Of a stretch of 64,000 nucleotides of DNA, positions 11,606 to 38,600 are shown piece by piece. The stretch is taken from assembly GCA_051294375.1 (NCBI GenBank), contig CM119271.1:3441061-3505060 (forward strand), read 5' to 3'. The notes below the pieces were generated by a model that saw only the letters and a program-made list of their open reading frames with translations, was not told the DNA's origin and did not search any database. This DNA comes from Paraspadella gotoi (taxonomy: Eukaryota; Animalia; Chaetognatha). The translations under genes were made by a program, and so were the position numbers. Each line of letters begins with the position of its first letter. Within the stretch, counting starts at the first letter, position 1.

Positions 11606-13626
11606 TCACCGTTTCACTCTTCCAAACAGATACTCGCTGGCGACGACGATGGCGAGTGAGGCGAAGGCGTAGACGCCGAAGGGAAAATAATATTTGTCCT
11701 CACCGGTTTCGACTGGTGCAGAGTCAGCGCCGTCCTTAGCGGCGATCTCCCGAGGCGTCGTCCAGTTCATGCAACGAGACACGGCGTCCTTCCACTTGAG
11801 GAGACGCCGCGTTCGCTCGGCTTCACTCAGGGTCGGGAGGAAAGTCTCAGTCGTGGAAGAATCTTCGTCAAGGGAGGTCGTCCAAATTTTGAGGGCCTTG
11901 CCGGCCACATAGGCTGCGCCCAAGGCTGTGGGAAACAATCAAGAAAAATTATAATAATTTAATAAACATTTTTTAAAAAAAATACAATTCACCAAACCTG
12001 TTGTTTCGATCATAGACGGTCTGGCGACCGGGATTCCCAGCACGTCCGCTTGGATCTGTAGCAATAAATTGTTGCTACTCATCCCACCGTCGACTTGGAG
12101 GCGATTGAGCGATGCGCCGCAGTCCGACTGCATTGCTTCCAACAGCTCCTTCGTCTGAAAGCACACGGCCTCCAAAGCCGCTCGACAAATGTGCGCCTAA
12201 GGAAAATTAAATCGAATATGATCATAACTTTAAAAGATACAATTGTCGTCGAAAATACGGAGACAGCATTTTCCACACACCTTGGAGGTAAATTGCGACA
12301 ATCCGCATATGATCCCTCGCGCCGACGACTGCCAGTAGGGACAAAACAGTCCGGAGAATGCGGGTACGAAGTAAGCGCCCGACGTGTTGGTTACCGTGCT
12401 CGCCAGCGCCTCCGCCTCCGAGTAGCCAGAGATGAGTCCCATTTGTTCGACGAGCCAATCGATGGCCGCGCCGGCTACGGCGATAGAGCCTTCGAGGGCA
12501 TAGCGAGCCGGCTCCTCAGGACCCATCTTGTAGGCGACGGTCGTGAGGAGCCCTGTTTCGGATATAAGTGGGTGCGACCCGATGTTGTACAAGAGGAAGC
12601 AGCCGGTGCCGTAGGTGTTCTTAGCGTCACCGCGTTGAAAGCAACCTTGGCCGACCAGCGCCGCCTGTTGGTCGCCAAGAATACCGGAAATGGCGACGCC
12701 GCGGAGACGACCGGCGTTGGAAACGACGCCGTATACTTCGGAGGAAGATCTGGAAGGAAAAGAGTGATGCTTGAAGAATGAAACGGGTAAATTAAGGTCA
12801 AATATATAAATTAATTGTATTCAATGGAATTTAATTGTTGAAGCATTATTTTCCTCTCTTACCTAACCTCCGGCAGCATCTGACTCGGAATTTCGAAAAA
12901 GTCCAGCAGCCTCTGATCCCACTTCAAGGTGTCGATGTTGAGCAGCATCGTTCTCGAAGCGTTTGTGACGTCGGTGACGTGTACGCCGCCCTTTACGCCG
13001 CCTGTCAAATTCCACACGATCCAAGAATCGACGGTGCCGAAGAGGGCGCGGTTCTCTTCCACGGCGGCGCGAACGCGGTCGCTGTTGTCCAAAAGCCATC
13101 GAACCTTCCAGAAGAATACAATATAAAATATGAAAAACAAAATTAAGGTCATTGTCAAACAAACCTTTAGCGCGGAAAAGTAGGTCGACAAAGGCAAACC
13201 ACACCAGGATCTAAGGTAATCCTTATTCTTTCCCCCGGGCGTTCTGGCCACCAACCGTTCCACCGTCTCCGCCGTCCGCGTGTCTAGCCAGACGATAGCG
13301 TTATGCAGCGGTTGTCCGGTTTCTTTGTCCCACACGACGACGGTCTCTCGCTGGTTGGCCACCCCCACCGCCTGAATGTCCTTGTGGTCGATGTTGAGGG
13401 CGTCGAGGTTGTCGACGGCGCGTTCCATCGTCTCCTCGACGGTGCGGAGAATGTGCATGGGGTCCTGTTCCACCCACCCCTCGCGCGGGTAGAAGCGCTG
13501 CACTTCCATTTGGTGGTAAGTGAGGACCTCCCCGGTATCTCCGGCGAAGACGTAGAACCGGGTGGAAGAAGTGCCTTGGTCGATAGCGCCCACGAGGGGC
13601 GAGGATCGACGAATGTGACTCGCCAT
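11606..13626 (-). CDS. GK: Glycerol kinase with C-terminal hydrophobic helix; multi-exon
   Basis: [64 protein letters not shown]; C-tail [19 protein letters not shown]. Confidence 0.95.
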
Positions 13627-13850
13627 TTTTCCTCTCTAAATTTCTCGGCCAAAACGATTGATTTTTTTTACGATTTATGAATCGCATTAAAATCAGCCGA
13701 TCTGAAGAAAGTGATATGGTACAAAAAATCATATCCTCGGTCGCATCACTTTTAAACAAACGGCTTTTTAACAAAATAATAAATTAAACAAAACGACATT
13801 AAAATACAGGAAAAACTAGGAGAGAACACGGGAGTTCCGATCCATTTCCA

Positions 13851-14704
13851 TCACGTTAGAAAGCTCCTGAAATTTTCCGCGTCCCTCTTCACCTTCTCGT
13901 TGATAAAATAAAAGTCGACGGTGGGACCAAGGATCGGGCAAAACTCCTCCGTGAGCAGAGACGTCATTGTTTCACCTCGATACTTCCACGATTTATCGAC
14001 GAAATCGTAGCGTTTGGGTCCGCTTACCGGGGAAGACAACCAGATCTGACGGTTGGGCGTTTGTTTGTTTATCACGTAGGTTCCGTTAGTATTTAGGTTT
14101 ATCGTCAAGACGCCCTGCAGAGGAGAAGTCAAAGAAGTTTGGGGAAAAAAATACTTTATAAGAATTGAGGATAAAAAAAAAAAATCTTTCAACCCATGTC
14201 CCGTTTTTTTTTAGGTTTAAATCTGCTATTAATCCTCACACTTCGGCTTTCCCCTACTTGGGCGAGAGAGATGTCAAAATCGGTGCACTCGGGACCTCCC
14301 TTGTCGATCGATTCTTCGAGGTAATCGGCAAGATACTCCAATGTCGTTTCCGCCAAGAAGTCGAAGTCGCTCTCGCTCAAATCCCCGTGGAATGAGGCTG
14401 AAGGAAAACATTTGTCGCAATAAAAGTAGCAGAAAATGGACAAAACTCGCGCCTCACCGAAAACTTGGTCCGTGCCGAAAATATGGTCCAAACTCAACTT
14501 CTCGGAAATGAAAAACTCATCCTTTTCGCTCATGAGTCGAGCCGGGGAAATGGTGGGGGCGGCCGGGCAGACGGTGAGGAGGGCGGGAGAAGCTCGCGAC
14601 GCGTTTGACGACGACGTCACGGAAGGTTTGCGAGTTCGAACGCAGGGAAGGCGCGAAATTGCTCTGTCCGCGCGTGACGCCAAAAGTAAAGTTCTTGCAG
14701 ACAT
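13851..14704 (-). CDS. FXN: Frataxin with mitochondrial targeting-like N-terminus; 3 exons
   Basis: LAETTLEYLADYLEE, GVLTINLNTNGTYVINKQTPNRQIWLSSPVSGPKRYD; Arg/Ser-rich leader. Confidence 0.95.
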
Positions 14705-14852
14705 TGTTTGCGTTTTTTTTTAGTCGACTAGAGGTTTGCGTGACTATAAAATAAAATCATTTCAGAAGTAAAATCCAATTGTGTAACGACATTGGCCCAA
14801 CAAAAAAAGCAACGATTAAGTGACTAGCGTCCCGACGAAAAAAGTTCTCTCT

Positions 14853-16730
14853 TTATCCCAAAACGGCGCGAAACTCAGAACGGAGAACGCTCCACGAGAA
14901 CCTCTCCGTGTCGATCTCCACGACGGCGGAGCGGGCGAGCGCGGGAATCTCGCAGAAGCGCTTTAATTTGTTGAAAAGTTGAGTCGGCGTGGAGAAGAGG
15001 TGGGCGTCTGGGTAGAGCTCGGGATAGACGAGAGATTTGGGAGCGAGGGGATAGCAACCGGCGTGGATCGCTGGAGAAGGTGGGAATTTGCGAAAGAGTT
15101 GTACCAGCGGCTGTGATATGACTTCGAGCTGGTGGAATGGAATCACCAGGACATTTAAATCTCACCCTCCAGCATGGCGACGCCGAAAAATTCGTGTTTG
15201 GCGGTGGAGACGACCACGTCGGCTTCCTGCAAAATAGCCGCGTAGTCCTCCCTCGATTGGGCGAATCCCCATCGGACAATCTCTCCGGAAAGACGAGTTT
15301 CAGCTGGGGACATTCATAAAAAAATAAATTGACTATTTACCAGAAAATTGTTGCCATTCTTAAAATATTTTAACAACGCAACGTAATCTTCGCAAATTCA
15401 GATTCCTCACATCTCCGTATTTTCCCCTCACCTTCATCGAAAATCGGCGGCGTTTGCGAAAACCGTTCGCCGAGGACGCTGAGGCGAAACGGGCGATCCT
15501 CGTCTTTGAGTCTGAAGAGAGTTTCGAAGAAGAGATCGGGGTCTTTGTCGTGCTCCCATCGATGAGGCCAGAGGATGTGGAGGGGCTTAGAAACCTTGGC
15601 CCTGGGGGAAACAGCCAAGTCGATAAGAAAAAGAATTAAATCTGCGAGTTAGATAAGACAAGGTATTAGTAAAAGGACTCACTGGTTGCCGAGGCACTTC
15701 GCCCGACGAAGACCGGTAAAATCGACCGGAAAGTAAAGAACTCCGCATTTAGGAGCGATCTTGTCTTTTAGATTCTTTGGTCTGTGATCGGGTATTAGAT
15801 TGAGAAATCGATCGATGTTATCCAAGAAGGAGTTCATGTTGTAACGACTGTTGAAAAAAACCTGAGGGAGAAAATATCATTATGATTATCAATTTGCTGG
15901 CGACATCGAATCATTCAACACTGACCTTATCGGCGACGAGACAGGAGAGAATTTGATTGTATCCGAACTGAAAGTCCCTCTCTCGGTTGTCCGCGTTTCG
16001 CACGGGGTAGACGAGTTGATTCTCGTGAAAGTAAAGGATTTTGTTGGGAATGCGAAGAATGTCAGAACGCAGGGAAACGAGCTCGGCGAGATTCAGCACG
16101 CTGGGGAGGAAATGAAACTGTATCGATCAGCCAATCCCATTGGCTCAGAGGGGGAATGCACCATCCCAGGCGTTACGTTACGTTACGACTTCAATCTGGG
16201 TTGGCAAATGGAGACCGTACTTGGGTAACCGCGCCAGTGACAGGAGGCGTCAGTGAGGGTCGGTAGCCGTTAAAACCAAAAGCCTCATTCCAATGTGCAT
16301 CACGGGCAACCAGACTGATGCCATAATGTCTAATTATAGTTTAATGACATTAACCTCACCTACTGACGAAAAGGGTCTTGACGTCAGCGGCGGCGTCTTC
16401 TGGTAGAGAGGTGGAGAGCCACAGGGCGGAGGTTCGGGCTCGCCAAGGCCATTTTTTTCCGGGCATGGTGATCAAGGTTGTTAGGGTGAGATCTGACAAT
16501 GGGTAATATGCAATGTTAGCAACCACAAAGCATTTTTGAAAAATGAACTTTTGTAAAAAGAGTGGAAAAAAAAAAAATTCGGCAGCATTAGTTATATGAA
16601 ACTCACCAAAAGACGAAAGCAGCAAGTCGACGAGCCGCTTGTGAGACCCGGCGTAAAATGGTTCAATAAGAAGTATTTTGCGTCGTTCGCCATCGACGAT
16701 CATATCGTTGAGAACTTCCGGTGAACCCAT
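14853..16730 (-). CDS. GTDC1: GTDC1/QTMAN glycosyltransferase (tRNA queuosine mannosyltransferase family); multi-exon
   Basis: ILLIEPFYAGSHKRL, KKWPWRARTSAL, LYFHENQLVYPV, DFQFGYNQILSCLVAD, ILWPHRWEHDKDP, STAKHEFFGVAMLE. Confidence 0.92.
16119..16325 (+). mobile_element. Diverged, 5'-truncated solo LTR of family 1 in a GTDC1 intron
   Basis: CCATTGGCTCAGAGGGGGAA..CACCATCCCAGGCG...GGGTAACCGCGCCAGTGAC...GCATCAC.GGCAACC...GCCATA matches 3252-3506; no TSD found. Confidence 0.75.
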
Positions 16731-16796
16731 AATGCAGATTATTCTACCCCCCTCAAAAGTCAAAGAAGCGCGACAATATGATGTTTTCGAACTTCT

Positions 16797-17153
16797 TCAC
16801 TTTAACAATTTAAACTTTTTAAAATAATTGGCCACATCCCCTTTTGGATAAGGCTTCGTGGCGAGGCAAGTGTGAATATTTTCTGGCTGCTCCGTCCATA
16901 GCTTGTGATCCACTCCGTTCTCCGCCAACTTTTCTCCCAATTTCTCCAGCGCGGTCGCGTCCTTGGCCTCCAGCACCACCTTGTGCATGGAGTCGAGATC
17001 GTCGACGTAGCGTCCGGCGTCGTCGTCGCCGGCCCGCAACGCCGTAGCCAGCGCCGCCGAAGAGGCGTGGCAGGCTTGCGCAATGAGGGCGCCAAGGGGC
17101 CAGCCGAGGTCGGAACGAACGACGACGTATTGAACGAGGGTAGAAGCGGACAT
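16797..17153 (-). CDS. PTRHD1: PTH2-family peptidyl-tRNA hydrolase domain protein, single exon
   Basis: LVQYVVVRSDLGWPLGALIAQACHA...MHKVVLE...HKLWTEQPENIHTCLATKPYPK. Confidence 0.92.
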   Translation of the reverse strand: MSASTLVQYVVVRSDLGWPLGALIAQACHASSAALATALRAGDDDAGRYVDDLDSMHKVVLEAKDATALEKLGEKLAENGVDHKLWTEQPENIHTCLATKPYPKGDVANYFKKFKLLK

Positions 17154-18229
17154 TGATCGGGCGATTCGAGAAAGAGGGAAAGTCCCGGGTTTTTGTTGCC
17201 AAGTATTTATTCTCACCAATTTGCCTTTTTTTTGTATTTGGTGTTTTTTATATATCGCTCGAGGAGCTCAATCGATCACAGTCGAAGACATTCTGTATTC
17301 TAGATATACATATAAAAAAGGAGAAAAAAAATTATGATTAATGTGTATATTATCTATGAGAAATAAAAGCAAGGTGATTATTCCGTCATAATAAAAAATA
17401 AAAGAAATAAGGAAGCGTATCACAAAAAACGCTGAAAATAGCAAAACTAAAATGCACCAATACAGAAGTACTGTGCGACACAAACTGACTAGCTGTTAAT
17501 GAAGTGAAATTACTTAAGGAGAATAAAAAAGAGAACTGGGAGAGATTGGACTAAAAATTTCATTAAAATAAGAAACTACCTTATAAAGTATTTCTGAATT
17601 AGAATACCACAACATCGAAATAATTAACTCTGACACCATTCACCAGGAATTTTACTTTCAAACCGACGACTATTGTACGCTAAATGTAAAGTAAAAAGCG
17701 CGCGTTAAAAAGGCACGTGAGATGACGCAATAAGCGCGTATGCGATTTCGTTTCCTTCTAGAAAAAACCAATTGTGGGTGATAGAGACATTGAGCAAAAT
17801 GGGAAGATAAGAGGCGATTTCACGATCCTCTGTATTCTCCCAGAAAAAAAAAAACGGTTAAATTGCTGCCAATGAAAAAGGCACTCGATATGTGTTTAAG
17901 TTTTGTATTTATGCATTATTTTAGCCGCGGCGATTAGGGCCGACATTTTGGAAAAAAAGATAGTGGAAGGTCGCATGTGAGAGAAATCGAATAGAGGAAA
18001 AGAAAAAAAAATCCATTCAACGAATTTCACAAAAGCCAATATCAAAGTCGGTATCGACTTACAACTACCAATAAAAAGTCTATGGACTGCATATATTCAT
18101 CTACTTTCTTTTCTTTTTTCTTCTTTTTGAGTTTCTTTTAACTTGGGTGGAATGAAGGTGCGAAAACAAACTATGGATGGAATTCTTGACGAAAAAAAAA
18201 AAAAAAAAACCGAGGAAACGTGATCGACG

Positions 18230-33466
<15,237 letters not shown>

Positions 33467-34013
33467 ATTTCTCTATCTTTCCTTTGAGATCACCACATGC
33501 AAGTTTTTTACTAAACAAAACTAGGATATTTATTTTTTGGCCGTTTTAGTATGGCCAAATTACTCGAGATGACTAGATGAAGATGTAGCTTGACGTTACG
33601 GTCGTTCAGACAGGTTGTCGGCTTTATTCCTTGGTTTTCACGGAGACAACCCTTCAGTTTTCACAGAACATTATTTTTACAATTCGGTACAATTTAGTGC
33701 ATTGTCGGTGCCGCTAACCTCAGGCTGATTCGAAAAAAAAAATCATTCCTGCATAAATAATATAATCGGGAAAAAAAAATAAGTCTTTGCAAGAAATTTT
33801 AACGAGAAGTTCAAACATTTTGTTGAAGGTTTAAAATTCATTGAAAAAGTCGCTAAGAAAAAAAATCATTCCGCGTTCATCGAAAAACGGCCTTTCTGAA
33901 AACCTTTTTTGCATTCAAGACTTGTTTCACAACCTGAACGCAAACCTGGTGACTCGATGCGAACCGGGGAGCTTTCATTTCCTGTCGTCAACAGCACCAT
34001 TAAGTTGCGCGAT

Positions 34014-34526
34014 TTAAACAACACTTAAACCTTCCATCAGCTTAGCAATCTTCTTTACGAGAGGAACAGCCTCCTTCGCCAACGCCCTTTTCCGCCTCTT
34101 CCTCTTTCTCCTTCGATTACTTTCGGCAAAAAGATCCGGCCAATCTCCTTCTTGCCAAAACCCCGAATCGGTCGCCCGCCGAATCGCCGCCTTTAAAAGA
34201 TGCTCCGTGCTGGGTCCCTTCATGATCCCGCGCCGCAGAATCGGCGCCCTTGTGGAGTTACTGCCATAAACTTCCATCATGTTGCGCAGGATCTGCGTAT
34301 CGCTCTTCCGGAGGAGGCGCCGTGCTGAGCTGATCCCTTCACGTTGGTGGGGCACTCGTTTCTCTTTTTCCCCTTGTAGGCCGCTGTATAAGGAATGAGT
34401 GGCGGGGATCGACACCTTCGGCGATTTCAATAACCAACACGAACAAGAAGAGGCAGGAAAGGACGGCCACCAATCGGCCCGTTGTCCGTTTGTCACGCGA
34501 ATAAACCGCGGTCGACTTTGAAACAT
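34014..34526 (-). CDS. Orphan 170-aa basic ORF between TPRKB and NBEA
   Basis: Intact ATG-to-TAA ORF with exon-like GC content inside AT-rich flanks; acceptor-like TTTCGTTCGGTTTAG ~78 nt upstream; RRRKRKRRKR basic patch; no family recognised. Confidence 0.45.
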   Translation of the reverse strand: MFQSRPRFIRVTNGQRADWWPSFPASSCSCWLLKSPKVSIPATHSLYSGLQGEKEKRVPHQREGISSARRLLRKSDTQILRNMMEVYGSNSTRAPILRRGIMKGPSTEHLLKAAIRRATDSGFWQEGDWPDLFAESNRRRKRKRRKRALAKEAVPLVKKIAKLMEGLSVV

Positions 34527-34745
34527 TTTAAGATACGCAATTACGAGGTCTCGACAAGAAACAATTCACAGAGAATTCCCCGCAGACCCCCGTTATCCTT
34601 GGGCTAAACCGAACGAAACAAAAATCTAACTCACAAAAAAAGCAGCATTTTACGGGAATGCTATATTTTCTATCTTTGTTTTTCTCGTAATAAAAAAAAA
34701 ATTCATGTTGAATAAAAAAAAGTGTATTAATACGTAAAACCGGAT

Positions 34746-35422
34746 TCAAACGGATATTCCTTTAGAGGAAACTCTGGACACAACTGCGTTGATCAGTTCC
34801 GAAGAGAATTTCTCGTTTTGACGGATTTTCAAGAGTTCGAACTCGGGTTCTTTGATTTTGTACGCCTTCCGCGTCGCGGCCAAATCGAAATTCTGCCGAA
34901 GGTACGAGTCGATTGCGTCCGATTCTGAGAAAAGGCAAATAGAATTGGGGACAATGGGGAGTGTGAACTTGGAGCCTACGACTACATTTTACCCCACGAA
35001 TTACATAGAAAACACTTGCTCATAATCCTACCGCTCAATTCCTGTTTTGCTCTGATAAGCTCCCCAAGTTTCTTCAGCTCAACCCCTTCCTCGTCGTTAA
35101 AAACGACGACGACGACGGCTACGTCGTCATCTTTGACTCCGAAAATCTTCAAGGATTCGCTAATGTTTTTCGTGAAGGAGAGATTGTAAAGGATCTCTGT
35201 GTAAACACTTCTCGTGATCATCTTTCCCGCGTCCCGCCCCTGGACGGCCTTCTCGGCGGCGATTAAGAGGGGAAAAGAGTTGCACAAGAGTCGAGTGGAT
35301 ACAAGCGACGCCCTGAGGCGACCGTCGGTGACAGCGGCGCGAACGTTGCCCATATTTTCAACGCCGGCAAAGAGAACGACATCGAAGGTCGCCGACGTCG
35401 ATATGACACTGTGGAATTTCAT
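34746..35422 (-). CDS. TPRKB: KEOPS/EKC subunit TPRKB (Cgi121); 2 exons
   Basis: LFAGVENMGNVR, LLIAAEKAV, GKMITRSVYTEILYNLSFTKNISESLKIFGV, RKAYKIKEPE; stop TGA at 34748-34746. Confidence 0.92.
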
Positions 35423-35615
35423 CTAAAAAAGGCCGAAATGTAATGTAAAAGTAAACTTTTGAATAAAATTCTTTAAATATAAAACCGACCAAACCAGCGA
35501 ATGAAACGGAACGTTTCTCAAAAATTTTCCTCGCATTTAAAAGAGCAACAACACAAAGCGTAACGATTAAAAAAAAATTAAAACTTAAAAACAATTCCCC
35601 ACTCCCGCCCGAGTA

Positions 35616-38600
35616 TCACAACAGATCACGGAACTTGACGGGCTTTCTGACGGCATTTGAGTATCCCTCCTTAAAACAAAACCAGAGGGCGTCGCCCGAA
35701 TAGTTTCTTTTCTTCTCCATCTTCGCCGACGCAACTCCGATTTTGTCGTCTCCGGTAGGACTCTTAATAACACGCCCGAAAAAGTCTTTGACGACACTGA
35801 TCTTTGGCGTTTTTGGCGCCGGTTTAGCGCTTGCCGCTGGATGAGATTTTTCAGCGTTATTTTCCTTCGGCTTGTTTTCCTTGGCCCCGAGGTTGGCGGG
35901 GCCGAAGAGTCGGTTCAGGGTCGACGGTTTCGCCGCCTCAGTCGTCTCTTTTTTAGTAGGCGACGCGAATGGATTCCGCTTCTTGGGCGAGGCTTTTAGC
36001 GTCTTGGCGGCGACCGCTGCCTCCGATCGACGCATCCGCGCCAACTCCAACTCGCGCGCCAACATCTGCTTAGCCGCGTAAGTCAATTGGCGCGGCGCCG
36101 TGGGCCGACTGCCGTCCGATGAGCCCGAAGTTGCAGAGACGGCGAAGCGGGAGAGCCTATCGATTTTGGGCTCCAGAACGTAGTGGTACTGCCCCTCATC
36201 CGTCTTTTCTTGCTGATAGGTGAGCCCGAAGGACATCATGTTGTCGATCAGTTGGGCGATCTGCGCTTTTTCCTTCGCAGAGTACAACTGGGCGTTGACG
36301 GGGCGGAGTCCTGGGACAGAAAACAAAGCTCAGCAAAACTGTACAAAAATCTTATATTATTAATTTATGAACAATTGAAATTTTTTTACGATTGAAACAT
36401 AACCTGGTTGAATGATTTCCATCAGCGGCGGCAGCACGTCCTCCAGCAGCAACGGAGGGGTCAGCCATTTTCGAATCTTGAGCTGCACCTCGTCCAGCGC
36501 TGATTTGATAAGCTGCGCGTTCTGAGTTGACTTCGTGTAATTTTCGAATTCAGTGTTCGGATACTTGACCTACAGTTTTAAATATTTCGTCCTTACGACT
36601 CTGAATGCCGATTGTTAAATAGTTAATACGTTTTCTCAACTTACCTTTGCCGGATTATTAGTGGCGAAGAGCAAGTGAAACGAAACGGGAGCGAAATGGA
36701 GGTAAGGCATCATGATGTAGTTTTGAGTGGAGAGTATTTTGGTAGACATAGCGTCGTAGAGCTGCAGCCACGACTCGGCTAGATTGAGCGCTACCATCCG
36801 CGAGTCTTTGATTTTGGCGAAGAGGTAGTTTTCGAAAAGTCCCTAAAATTGGACGGTGGACCCAAAGTCATTTATTGAATTAACTTTTGAAAGACAATTT
36901 GAAACTTTATCCTCGACAAACTTACCTGCACGATCTTCTCCGATTCGCCGACGCTTTCGACGAGGCTCAAGGCAGAGTCGAAACGCGACGTCCTCGCGGG
37001 AGTACGAGTTGAAGGCCCCCTGGGGCATTGGTCAAGAGCGAAGGGCTAGATGGACAGATTATTTTGCAGCTTTATAAAGAGTCCAAGGGGGGGCATGTGT
37101 GATGCCTGGGGTGTGAGGCATCTCCCGACAGCTGGCACTCAGGGCTTTAGACCTGCAGTGACCACCCCATGTCACTGGCGTGTTTATGCCGACACCATCA
37201 CACTTTAACCAGCGTGACCGTGAGGGGATCGAACCCGGAACTCACGGTTGGTGAACGAGTACTTAGCTGTCCATGTCACCATGTCACCAAGCTATACGGT
37301 AGAGCGTTGAAAAATAACAAAATATAACAAATCAAGTGAGGTACATAGCTATTAAGGCGTAGTAAAATTTCTAAATTTAACTTTAATTAAAATTCTAAAA
37401 GTGAAGAACGAACAACATTATACTAATGAACATTTATGTATAAAAAAAATTTATAATAAATTTTACAATTTACGCAGTAGGCCATATTTATACTAGTACT
37501 AATCCAATAAATGTTAAAATTTCAAAACAGTTTTTTCTAAGATTTTTTTGCAGATTTGGATTCGTCATAAAAAGTTGATAAAAAGAAATATAACTCTTTT
37601 TAAAAAATTCCTTCATTAAGTGGGTCACAAATTAGAAAAAACTATATTTTAAGCTGAAAATTAACTTTTTATATATTAAATATAGTTTTTGTAATTTTTA
37701 ATCCACTTAATGAAAGAATTTTTTAAAATAATTTATATTTTCTTTAATCAACTTTTGACGAGGAATTCAAATCTGCAATCAAAATTAAGAAAAGACTATT
37801 TTGAAATTTTTCGATTTTATAAGGATAGTACTATATATAAATATAGCCTACTGCGAAAATTAAAAAACATAAAATTAATTTTTTTTACAAATTAATGTTC
37901 ACTGATGGTATGTTGTTCATAATTGACCTTTAAAATTTTTGTACATAACTTTCACTACGCCTTAATAGCTATTTTAGTGTAAAGTAATCTATAGAATTCG
38001 ATGGTGATGACCATTTTTTTGTATAATTTTATCTTTCTTGTCGGAAATGACGGTTTTTAATTAGGGGTAGCCGCACTCAATGGGGCGAGTCAAAAATTTA
38101 GAGCGAGTACGTGCTCAAACGAATATTTATACATTTTTAAGAATACTTTCATTTAAGTAAGTAGACAGGGATTTGAACATGAAACCAAAGTGGAATTTAT
38201 TGATATAAAAACAGATATGAAGACGGTGTCAATTTTGGACAGAATACTCAGATACAAAATTTACATCTATTTATACAGAGCAAGTGGATCAGAGACGTGG
38301 GTAAATTTTACAGCCTCTTCGCTCATTGGCCGCTTCCATTTGAGTCTTGACCAATCAGATAGCTCGATTCCATTCTGGTAATTTCTTCCCGAGCCTCCGA
38401 TCCGGTTCCGTCTCTATATAAGAGAGCTCGATTCCATTTCGGTGATTTCTCCCCGAGCTTCTGATCCGGTTCCATCTCTGTATCTTCTGCTTTCAATGGA
38501 CAAAAAATTTCTAATATGGCTCGATACCCTAGTAATTAATTTTTTAATATTTATTTATAGATAGGAAAGGTCAAAGTTTTTTTTAAAGATTTTTAAATTT

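Noticed and set aside
16115-16329. TSD for the family 1 copy in GTDC1
   Set aside because: Flanks do not match (AAAC versus ATGT) and the 5' end appears deleted
37215-37285. Functional tRNA gene
   Set aside because: D-arm and anticodon arm are degenerate, there is no poly-T terminator, and it is fused to a repeat body
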